Shown piece by piece: positions 16,425 through 24,259 of a stretch of 32,000 nt of DNA. How positions within the stretch are numbered: position 1 is the first letter of the stretch; each line of letters starts with the position of its first letter. The notes below the pieces were generated by a model, which was not told where the DNA came from, ran no database searches, and saw only the letters and a program-made list of their open reading frames with translations. The stretch lies in the NCBI RefSeq assembly GCF_000223395.1, contig NC_015931.1, positions 480,001-512,000 of the forward strand. The letters are read 5' to 3'. Made by a program: the position numbers and the translations under genes. The stretch is from Pyrolobus fumarii 1A. GTDB lineage: Archaea > Thermoproteota > Thermoprotei_A > Sulfolobales > Pyrodictiaceae.

Positions 16425-16543
16425 ACCCCGGCGCACCCACCCCCACCCCTCCTCCACACCCGCGCTCACCCGGCACCCAGCCCCACACCAGCCATCCTCG
16501 CACCCTCCACACCCTACGCGCCCCGCACCCCCGAGGACGCCGC

Positions 16544-16667
16544 ATGCTGCAAACCATTGTGCACTCGGGGGCGCTCCCCGCCACCCGGGGGCCTGGAGGG
16601 CGGCCACACACAGCCCAGGGAGGGGCCCAGGAGCCCACAGCGGAGCAGCCATGTTGCAAACCATGGT
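16544..16667 (+). repeat. Two copies of the ATGTTGCAAACCATGG motif (left cluster)
   Basis: 16544-16560 ATGCTGCAAACCATTGT and 16651-16667 ATGTTGCAAACCATGGT, in GC-rich non-coding DNA after the stop of the 14700-16424 gene. Confidence 0.8.
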
Positions 16668-16846
16668 ACACACATGGGGCACCTCCAGGGCCCCTCTCCC
16701 CCGCCGCCGCCCGGCGCGCACGTAGACGCGTGGACGACCCCAGACGCCGCCAGAGTAGACCCTACCATCTTCCAGCTGGAGATGATGGTGTACCAGTGCC
16801 CACCGGGGGAGGAGTCCTAGCGCCCCGCGTGCGGCTGCAGGGTGGC

Positions 16847-17293
16847 CTACGGGGAGGTGGTTGCGCTTATGGCGTACTCGGGGTACGCGCTGTACACGTA
16901 GCGGAGGAGCTCGAAGGGCTTATCGGCCCACAGGCGGACCAGCCTCTCCATCTGCTCGAGGAAGTGGGGCTCCTCCCTCCTCAGCCTCTCCACTATCTCC
17001 TCGTAGAGCCTCCTCCCCTCCCCGGTCAGCTCGAAGACGTAGACGGTGTATGCTCCTCCATGAGAGGGCTCGGTGTGCACCCTCACCAGGCCCCGCCTCC
17101 TCGCCTCGTCGACGCCCCTCGCCAGCTCCGCGGAGACCGGGCCGTAACGGGTGGGTGTGTACCCCAGGCAGCAGCCGCCCGCCTCAACGACGCCCAGGAA
17201 CCCGAGCTTCTGGAGAACCGTGCCGCCACGCAGCCGCCCGCCGGCGAGCCCCACGAGCAGCACAACCCACTCGACGGGCGATAGCCTGGCCAT
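16847..17293 (-). CDS. Putative winged-helix DNA-binding protein
   Basis: 148 aa. LSPVEWVVLLVGLAGG...GTVLQKLGFL...YGPVSAELARGVDEARRRGLV...YVFELTGEG resembles a wHTH followed by a helical C-terminal domain. It is the only convincing ORF in 16.4-18.1 kb. Confidence 0.5.
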   Translation of the reverse strand: MARLSPVEWVVLLVGLAGGRLRGGTVLQKLGFLGVVEAGGCCLGYTPTRYGPVSAELARGVDEARRRGLVRVHTEPSHGGAYTVYVFELTGEGRRLYEEIVERLRREEPHFLEQMERLVRLWADKPFELLRYVYSAYPEYAISATTSP

Positions 17294-17704
17294 GAGTAGA
17301 CACCCCGAAAACCGGGCGTGGGCTGGGGGCGGCGCCCCTCTACCCCCGGAGCCCGATTAGCGCCAGGGTAAACGCGGCTAGGGCGATGCCAGCCAGGGTG
17401 AGGGTCTGTATGGCGAACTGCCCCGCGTAGACTGCTATGCGGTCAGACCCATCCACGCTCCCACCCTCCAGGGGACGGGGCCGGAGGCGCCGGTATACAC
17501 TCTTCCCCAGGGCCCTCACCGCGCGTCCTCGGGCCTCGCCGCCGAGTACTTCTCGACGAGCTCGCGTCCTCAAGGTTGGCTCCTCGTGCGGCGGTTGCCG
17601 GCGTAGACACCCGGTAGACCATCTGCCCAACTGCTCCGAACTCGCTCCCCGTGGGGGTGGCGTTGAAGGCCCCGGCTGGGGCCGCTCCCAACACCCACAC
17701 CCGC

Positions 17705-18040
17705 ATGTTGCAAACCACGGCACCCCTCCGTACCCAGGCCCCAGGTGGGCGCTGGGCAGCAACCGCGGGCAAGGGCATGTTGCAAACACCGGGGCCCCGA
17801 GACCCGCACCCCCCACGGGCCGGGGTCGCGTCAGCTGGGGCCGGAGGCCACCGGCCACGCCGCGAACCGTGGGGCGCTACCCTTCCCAGCCACACGCCGG
17901 GGGCGGAAACGGGCCAGAGCCGGGGCCTACGGGGAGACGGTGACGTTGCAAACCATGGTGCCCCTGGCTCCGTTCGCACGGGGCTTGGGGGGTGCACGAG
18001 CCCGGCTCCGGGCACCAGACCCCATGTTGCAAATCATCGT
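17705..18040 (+). repeat. Quasi-periodic cluster of the ATGTTGCAAACCATGG motif (right cluster)
   Basis: Copies start at 17705 (ATGTTGCAAACCACGG), 17777 (ATGTTGCAAACACC), ~17857 (degenerate, ACGCCGCGAACCGTGG), 17943 (ACGTTGCAAACCATGGTG) and 18024 (ATGTTGCAAATCATCGT). All are in the same orientation. Spacings are 72, 80, 86 and 81 nt. A related GTGTTGCTTGTACACGG forms the start of the 18084 ORF. Confidence 0.8.
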
Positions 18041-18083
18041 CTACTCTCTCACGCTCTCCGGGGCACGGTTATAGCCGCGTGGG

Positions 18084-18737
18084 GTGTTGCTTGTACACGG
18101 CATGAGGAGGGGCGTGTATACCGCGGCGTTCCTGCTGCCCTACCTCCGGGGGCGTCCCCGGAGGGGCGCCTCCCCCAGGCGGATAGTCATCTGGCAGTCT
18201 AGCAGCGAGTTCATCGAGGCGCTTAGGGGGGCGCTGGAGAGGGACGGGTTCGACCCGGGGAGGGTGATGGTCGTCAACGTGTACGCGACGAGGGTTAAGG
18301 GGAGGGTGTACCGTCGACTGAGGGTCGTGCTCCTGGAGCCGGTGGCGAGGAGGGTCTACCGCCTCCTCTACCCGAGGGTCAAGCCCGTCATCTACAGGTT
18401 CCAGGGTGCGAGGATGATGCTGAGGACCGCGCTGAGGGTGACGAGGGTGAGGGGCGCGAGGCTCGAGGGGCTCCGGAGGAGGCTGCTGCGCTCGGGGCTA
18501 GCAGCCACCGACATCGACCCGGTGTGCCGGGTGCCCGGCTGCCTGGCGGCGAGGCTAGCCAGGGGGAGGAACCCCTTCCTAGCGGCCTACCACAGCTGTA
18601 TGAGGCGCTACGAGTGGCTCCCCTTCGAGGAGAGGGAGGGCTACTGCATCTACACGGCCTATGAGGAGGTGGGCGGCGACCCGCCGCACTGGGCGAGGAT
18701 GATGTACGAGAGGGTCAGGGCGAGGCTATTCGGGTGA
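18084..18737 (+). CDS. Arg-rich hypothetical protein
   Basis: 217-aa ORF, very basic (many RR/RxR). Contains CRVPGC...HSC, a possible metal-binding motif. GTGA stop/start overlap with the next gene. Confidence 0.45.
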   Translation: MLLVHGMRRGVYTAAFLLPYLRGRPRRGASPRRIVIWQSSSEFIEALRGALERDGFDPGRVMVVNVYATRVKGRVYRRLRVVLLEPVARRVYRLLYPRVKPVIYRFQGARMMLRTALRVTRVRGARLEGLRRRLLRSGLAATDIDPVCRVPGCLAARLARGRNPFLAAYHSCMRRYEWLPFEEREGYCIYTAYEEVGGDPPHWARMMYERVRARLFG

Positions 18738-19000
18738 CGGGCGTGGCGCCCTCCGACGCGGGGCTGGAGGCGAGGAGGCTCGAGGGCGAGGCTAGGGCGG
18801 CGCGCGAGAAGATACGCGCGTTCGAGGAGAGGTACGGGATGTCCTCGCGGGAGTTCCTGGGGCGGTTCCTCCGCGGCGAGCTGGGCGACGAGCAGGACTT
18901 CATCGAGTGGTGGGGTGAACTCGTCTTCCTCGAGGAGGCGGAGAGGGGGCTGGAGGAGCTGAGGAGGGCTGAGCGGGGCGGGGAAAAAGAGCGGGGCTAG
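18734..19000 (+). CDS. Small antitoxin-like helical protein
   Basis: EKIRAFEERYGMSSREFLGRFLRGELGDEQDFIEWW resembles a pattern (FE-x-KYGMSSEEF...GEL-x-D-x-DF-x-W) that I recall from small archaeal TA-associated proteins. The family was not verified. Confidence 0.45.
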   Translation: MTGVAPSDAGLEARRLEGEARAAREKIRAFEERYGMSSREFLGRFLRGELGDEQDFIEWWGELVFLEEAERGLEELRRAERGGEKERG

Positions 19001-20994
19001 CCCTGCGGCTGGACACCCACCAGGTAGAGGATGTAGTCGTGGCTGGCGGGCGCAACCGCGTCTATCGGGACGCCCTCCGGCACGTAGTTGAACCAGGCTT
19101 CGGCGGCCTGGCCGACATCCCTCGTGAACACCTCGGCTCCCGTGGTGGCGTCGGCCAGCGTCGCCGTGACACTGGCGACCGGCTTGATGTTATGGATGTG
19201 TAGGAAGACCGGCGCACCGTAGACTCTGAAGAGGGCCTCGTCCCCAGGCATGACGATGAGGTGTGTCAGCGCGACTAGGCTGCCGCAGCCTTCGAGCCAG
19301 CCGCCGCACGCCCAGCCTGGGTGCACGCGCAGGTAGATGGTCGCCGGGCCCTGGACGAGCAGCGCGAGCCTATGCACGTTGCCGGACGTGAACGTGTAGA
19401 CGCTGCTAGTGTTAACCATACCCTCCGCCCTAGCCGCGATGATTGGGTTGGCGTAGCCGGTGTCGACCTCGACGAACGGCGGCTTCGCCCAGCTCGTGAT
19501 GGGCGTGTAGAACTCGGCGACTATGATGTGCCTCCCGTCCGGGACCCTCACCGCAAGCTCCGCCCAACCATCCGACTCGGACGTGGCGGCGACGAGCAGC
19601 GACGGCTCTACGGCTGAGTACGTGTCCCACAGCAGCCTCTCGAGCCACGCGTTCACAGCTATCCTGGATAGGCTGTAGGGGTTGCCACCGTTCCCGTAGA
19701 GCGGTAGGGCTACAACCGCGTTGCCGGACGCCGAGATGGTAAGCCCGTAGCCGGCAGCGGCCCTAGAGTACCTCGCGTCTATCTGCGACGCTTGTGGCTC
19801 CGGCGTTGCCCTAACCGCCCCGCCCTCCAGCCACACGATGCGGTCGATGACGCCGGGGACGTGTATGTACGGGTCCAGCAGCACGTCCGACTTCAACGTA
19901 TCGATGGTGGTGATAGCAGCGTGCCAGTAGAGCTCCGGCGGCTCGAAGCGCCCGGTGGAGGCGTCGAGGTGGCCGAAGGGCAGCGGGAGCCTGAACGTCG
20001 CGACGGGCAGGCTGCCCGTACGATACACGAGTATCTTCGAGAGGACGGCCGCCGCGTCGCTGAACTCCGGTGTATCGTCGCACGGGTTGAGGATGTAGGC
20101 GCGTATGCGGAGCCTATACTCGCCGCCGGTGGAGTCCAGGGCTAGCACCGGCGCGAGCTGCACCACGGTGTCACTAGTGTAGTTGAGGCAGATGACGGTG
20201 GTGCAGTCTGTGCCCCACGTCTCGCCGGGGCGGTCTATCACCGCCCTGGCGGCGACGCTCCCGTCGGGCGAGACGACCTCGACGACAATCCTCACGGTCA
20301 GCTTGTTGTCACCATCTTTGTCATCGTAGGTGAAGACGGGGACTACGACGACCCTGCCGCTTGGCAGGCTCAGCGGGACGATGACCTCCAGGAGCGGCTC
20401 CTCGGAGGCCAGTGTACAGACGTTGCCCTGCCAGAGCAGCTTGAACGTGTCGTCGCACGCGGCGTAGAGGACGACGCCCGAGTGCGCCGAGCTCCCGCCG
20501 GATAAGGTACTCTCGAGGTTCAGCCCGCGGGCGAGGGCAGCGTATCTACCGTCGCTCATCGGGCCCTTTACGCCCGGCTTCGGGTATGCGTCACAGTGCG
20601 GCAGGTAACTCCTGGCCACCACAACGCCGTCCGCGATAAGCTCCATCGTGGTGTTCCACTCGCCGGGGATACGAGCCGTCTTGTCGACACCCAGCCCGAC
20701 GTACGGCGCGTAGAGCCACGAGAAGTCGATGACGTAGCTGGATGGTTGGCCTCCCTGGTCAATATCCGGCCAACCCACCTGGTATGGTACCTCCGGGAGG
20801 TCTATGTCGAGGTGCACCACGCTGCCCGGCCTCGGGTCTGTGATAGCCCGGAAGCTCCTCTCCGCCCACCGGTACGCGAGGAACGCCTGGGCGGTGTCGT
20901 TCTCCGACGTGTGCGTCAGCGGCGTCACGACGTGGGCGCGGTACCGTACTGCGCCGGTGACGGTGCAGGGCCCCACGCCGGGTATCCTCGCCAC
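18997..20994 (-). CDS. Large (665 aa) beta-rich hypothetical protein with no TM or signal peptide. It starts 60 nt downstream of the array 2 trailer, on the same strand.
   Basis: Long ORF with balanced, strand-rich composition and a GTG start at 20994. No catalytic motif recognised. Confidence 0.6.
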   Translation of the reverse strand: MARIPGVGPCTVTGAVRYRAHVVTPLTHTSENDTAQAFLAYRWAERSFRAITDPRPGSVVHLDIDLPEVPYQVGWPDIDQGGQPSSYVIDFSWLYAPYVGLGVDKTARIPGEWNTTMELIADGVVVARSYLPHCDAYPKPGVKGPMSDGRYAALARGLNLESTLSGGSSAHSGVVLYAACDDTFKLLWQGNVCTLASEEPLLEVIVPLSLPSGRVVVVPVFTYDDKDGDNKLTVRIVVEVVSPDGSVAARAVIDRPGETWGTDCTTVICLNYTSDTVVQLAPVLALDSTGGEYRLRIRAYILNPCDDTPEFSDAAAVLSKILVYRTGSLPVATFRLPLPFGHLDASTGRFEPPELYWHAAITTIDTLKSDVLLDPYIHVPGVIDRIVWLEGGAVRATPEPQASQIDARYSRAAAGYGLTISASGNAVVALPLYGNGGNPYSLSRIAVNAWLERLLWDTYSAVEPSLLVAATSESDGWAELAVRVPDGRHIIVAEFYTPITSWAKPPFVEVDTGYANPIIAARAEGMVNTSSVYTFTSGNVHRLALLVQGPATIYLRVHPGWACGGWLEGCGSLVALTHLIVMPGDEALFRVYGAPVFLHIHNIKPVASVTATLADATTGAEVFTRDVGQAAEAWFNYVPEGVPIDAVAPASHDYILYLVGVQPQG

Positions 20995-21054
20995 GAGGTG
21001 GATGACGTACGGTGGCTTGTCGCTCCTACAGACGACCGGTAGGGTCGTGTCGTT

Positions 21055-22240
21055 CTTTCAATTCATTCTTGGTTGTTTCTACTATCCCCCATGCTGCAAG
21101 AAGCGCAGGATGTGTAACCTTTCAATTCATTCTTGGTTGTTTCATGGGAGTAGGAGCCGCTTCACGACCATCACCATCCTCGCTTTCAATTCATTCTTGG
21201 TTGTTTCGCACGCTACCTCACCCGGGTCACGCGCGCCACTATCACCCAGCAGGTGCTTTCAATTCATTCTTGGTTGTTTCGCGAGGCCTACGATTATGTA
21301 GTCTTTGAGTGTGAAGCTCTTGCTTTCAATTCATTCTTGGTTGTTTCGAAGTTTATTGTCATTGGTCGACATAAGTTTACACCGATTCAGCTTTCAATTC
21401 ATTCTTGGTTGTTTCACAAGTACGGGAAGGGCATCAGCGGAATTGCCAAGTACCTTCTTTCAATTCATTCTTGGTTGTTTCACGATGTCGATGTATATCA
21501 TAAATGCTTTGGCGAGTGTAACCTTTCAATTCATTCTTGGTTGTTTCATCCTTCCCGACCCTGGGCGAGGCCTTCGGCCTCCCGCCGCTACTTTCAATTC
21601 ATTCTTGGTTGTTTCTGGAGGAGGACGTGGGGAGGGAGTACGACAGGGAGTACAACCCCTTTCAATTCATTCTTGGTTGTTTCATGGGTGTTGGAACACT
21701 CGAAGAAGCTTGACGAGCTTAAACTTTCAATTCATTCTTGGTTGTTTCGTCTAGGGTATGGCGCGGCAATACAACACCAGGAGGTCTCTTTCAATTCATT
21801 CTTGGTTGTTTCTAATCTCGACTGGTCTGGGCACATTAACCCCCGATGGTATCTTTCAATTCATTCTTGGTTGTTTCCGTGTCTGGTATTGTAAGGATTG
21901 CGTACGAGAAGGGTATACTACGATTCGCAACTTTCAATTCATTCTTGGTTGTTTCACAATTACAACCCCAAGAAGCGTACAATAAAGCGGGGGGATAGCT
22001 TTCAATTCATTCTTGGTTGTTTCAGGAGGAGGTCGCGACGGTAGAGTCGCCACCGTACAACAACGTTACCTTTCAATTCATTCTTGGTTGTTTCCTGGGT
22101 CACCGCCTTCGGCGCAGACCCAGCGATTCTAGACGAGATCATCAACGCTTTCAATTCATTCTTGGTTGTTTCATGCGCTAGATCTAGCATTGCAATAGTA
22201 TATGCAATGAGCATCCTTTCAATTCATTCTTGGTTGTTTC
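21055..22240 (-). CRISPR. CRISPR array 2: 18 identical 25-nt repeats and 17 spacers of 39-53 nt. crRNA sense is on the minus strand, with the leader on the right.
   Basis: Repeat CTTTCAATTCATTCTTGGTTGTTTC starts at 21055, 21119, 21183, 21256, 21323, 21391, 21457, 21523, 21591, 21659, 21724, 21788, 21853, 21931, 21999, 22070, 22148 and 22216. The reverse complement ends in ATTGAAAG, the 8-nt crRNA 5' tag known from Sulfolobus and Pyrococcus. Confidence 0.97.
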
Positions 22241-22500
22241 TGCATTCTTGCCGTGTGGTTATAGGCTCTTCCCCATATTTATCTCTGCCTGTCTTGCCTT
22301 TGTTGGCGTGGCTGGGGAGGGGTAATGGGCTTCAACGGTGCCCTTGCGGGACGGTCCAGGGGTAGTACCGGGTTTATAAACGGGGCAAGGGTTAAATGCG
22401 GGTTCCCTGCGGTTAGGATGGTCTCGCTACCGCCGATAGTCCCGTGGGTGACGGTCCACAGGTAGTACCGGGGATTAAAAGGATTACGCTGAGGGGTAGA
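22241..22500 (-). promoter_or_regulatory. CRISPR leader with a tandem ~31-40-nt direct repeat carrying TATA-like boxes
   Basis: AT-richer non-coding DNA abutting repeat 18. 22350-22380 (GACGGTCCAGGGGTAGTACCGGGTTTATAAA) and 22450-22480 (GACGGTCCACAGGTAGTACCGGGGATTAAAA) match at 25/31 positions and lie exactly 100 nt apart. Confidence 0.6.
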
Positions 22501-22611
22501 AAAGGTTTTCGCGGGATGTGGTTTTGTAGTTGGTGTTGTGTTGGGTTGTTGTGTTGGTGTTGTATCGTGTTCTTATGGTAGTCTGGTGGTTGTTGTGTTG
22601 GGTGTCTTGTT

Positions 22612-24213
22612 GTGCGTGGTTGGGTTGTTCTTCCTCTGGTGTTGTTGATTGTTGTTCTGTTTGGCTGTGTTGTTGCGGGTGCTTCGCTTGTCATTGATGT
22701 GTTGGACTCTTATGTTGGGCTTTGGGATGTTAGTGGTGAGCCGCCGACGGTTATGGTTGCCGGTGTGGCTAGTGTGACCGATTATTACTATGGTGGTGGG
22801 GTGTTGGGGTGGAAGTCGGGTCCTCTGGACCTCTACGATCATATCGTTCTCGTGATTGGACCGTTTCACGAGTATGTTGCCTACGCGTGGGTGGAGGTAA
22901 GGCTGGATTATGGTACTGGCGTCTTTTTCATAGACGAGTTTAACGATGATGATCTTGCGACGTCGGGCGGCTCCCACACGGTCTACAACACGTTGTACTC
23001 GCTGTTTGGCGACCCTAGGGTTGCTTACACGCCCGGCGAGGCTATAGACACGCCGGAGGAGCTAGGCTTCCGCGTCTACTGCGACCGCGATATCGTCAAC
23101 AACGCGCCCTACTGTTTCATCATAACCGGGTTCGCGCCAGCACTCTACGTAAGCACACCCGGTGTGCACGTGCTGTTCGCGAGAGTCTACGCCTGTATGT
23201 GGGACTGGCAGAGGCAGGTGATAACACGTTGCGTGTACGACACCATGACGTACACGTTCACCGTGAGGACGACGCTGCTCGACTGGCGCACCACCATAGA
23301 CCAGCTGGTCTCCTTCCTACTGCTCAACATGACTTCCACCCTCGGCAGGATAGAGGCTAGCGTCTCAACCCTAGGCAGGATGGCAAGCAGCATGAGGAAC
23401 ACGCTAGAGGCTGTAAGGACTAGCGTTGACCTCCTCGACGCGAAGCTTGATATGCTAGAGAGTGGCGTTGAGGCGGGGCTAGCCAGGCTCGAGAGGAGCA
23501 TAACGCTGGTCGTGTACAACGCCACTGGTAGGCTAGAGGGCGAGGTTGCGAGGATAACAATGAGGATAGAGGGGCTTAGCAGCGAGGTGAGCAGGGCAGC
23601 CACCGAGATACAGCGGAGGGTTAACGAGCTGGCAGAGACGCTGGCATCTCACGACCGCAACCTGACCATGATAGCCGAGGAGGTGACGCGTAGCCTAGAG
23701 GGCCTAGAGGTCTCCATGAACGCGACTAGAGAGGAGGTTAGACTAGTTGCCAGAAACGCCACCCTCCTAACCCTCGAGGTGGAGATTGTAAAGGACAAGC
23801 TAGACACGCTGGCAGACAACATAGTCGAGACGCTAGCCGCCATCGACAGGCTAAGATACGAGATGAGCATGCAGGGGACAGAACTCCAAGGCACGGTCAA
23901 CAACTTGAAGAGCACGGTAGCGAACAGCACGGCCAGACTAGAGACCCTCATGCGAGAGACGCGCAAAGCACTATCAAGCAGGATAGAAGAGCTAAACCAC
24001 ACGCTAATAACGAGCCTCGAGAGGCTAGCAGAGAAGCTAACCGAGAGCATAACAAGACAAGCAGCCACAACGAACAGGACCATAGCCGAGCTACAGGAAC
24101 GCCTAGAGAACGTCTCCCATGAACTCGGAGCAATGTACATACAGCAAGCCGCGACCCTAACCGGCGCAATAGCGGCATCCGCCACAGCAATACTCCTAGC
24201 GCGAAGAAGATAA
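22612..24213 (+). CDS. Surface coiled-coil protein with N-terminal and C-terminal TM anchors
   Basis: N-terminal TM (VVLPLVLLIVVLFGCVVAG), a ~210-aa globular domain, then ~290 aa of heptad-like sequence with 9 N-x-S/T sequons, then a C-terminal TM (LTGAIAASATAILLARRR). Confidence 0.65.
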   Translation: MRGWVVLPLVLLIVVLFGCVVAGASLVIDVLDSYVGLWDVSGEPPTVMVAGVASVTDYYYGGGVLGWKSGPLDLYDHIVLVIGPFHEYVAYAWVEVRLDYGTGVFFIDEFNDDDLATSGGSHTVYNTLYSLFGDPRVAYTPGEAIDTPEELGFRVYCDRDIVNNAPYCFIITGFAPALYVSTPGVHVLFARVYACMWDWQRQVITRCVYDTMTYTFTVRTTLLDWRTTIDQLVSFLLLNMTSTLGRIEASVSTLGRMASSMRNTLEAVRTSVDLLDAKLDMLESGVEAGLARLERSITLVVYNATGRLEGEVARITMRIEGLSSEVSRAATEIQRRVNELAETLASHDRNLTMIAEEVTRSLEGLEVSMNATREEVRLVARNATLLTLEVEIVKDKLDTLADNIVETLAAIDRLRYEMSMQGTELQGTVNNLKSTVANSTARLETLMRETRKALSSRIEELNHTLITSLERLAEKLTESITRQAATTNRTIAELQERLENVSHELGAMYIQQAATLTGAIAASATAILLARRR

Positions 24214-24259
24214 GCGAAAAAACAAATAAACAATCGGCCCAACCGACTAGACAACACGC

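Noticed and set aside
16544-18040. The ATGTTGCAAACC repeat cluster read as a second, degenerate CRISPR array
   Set aside because: The period (72-86 nt) is CRISPR-like. However, the repeats are variable and the left cluster has 107-nt spacing. A protein gene interrupts the set. The inter-repeat segments are ~75% GC, unlike the spacers of arrays 1 and 2. The motif also lacks the ATTGAAAG-type tag. I kept it as an unexplained repeat family instead.
15837-18202. Many long overlapping ORFs in all frames (for example 15837-16721 -, 16544-17284 +, 17340-17858 -, 17443-18015 -, 17651-18202 +, 17745-18074 +)
   Set aside because: Their products are Pro/Gly/Arg/Ala low-complexity. They overlap each other and real genes. 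They lie in 70%+ GC DNA, where stop codons are rare. I treat them as GC artefacts and accept only 14700-16424 and 16847-17293.
21012-22365. ORFs 20804-21301, 21012-21308, 21253-21894, 21305-21754, 21758-21985, 22084-22365 (+) and 22002-22214 (-), plus 12531-12737 (-) and the first 32 codons of 12707-13216
   Set aside because: These are translations of the CRISPR repeats. The recurring peptides FNSFLVVS, LSIHSWLF, FQFILGCF and ETTKNELK are the three frames of the repeat and its reverse complement.
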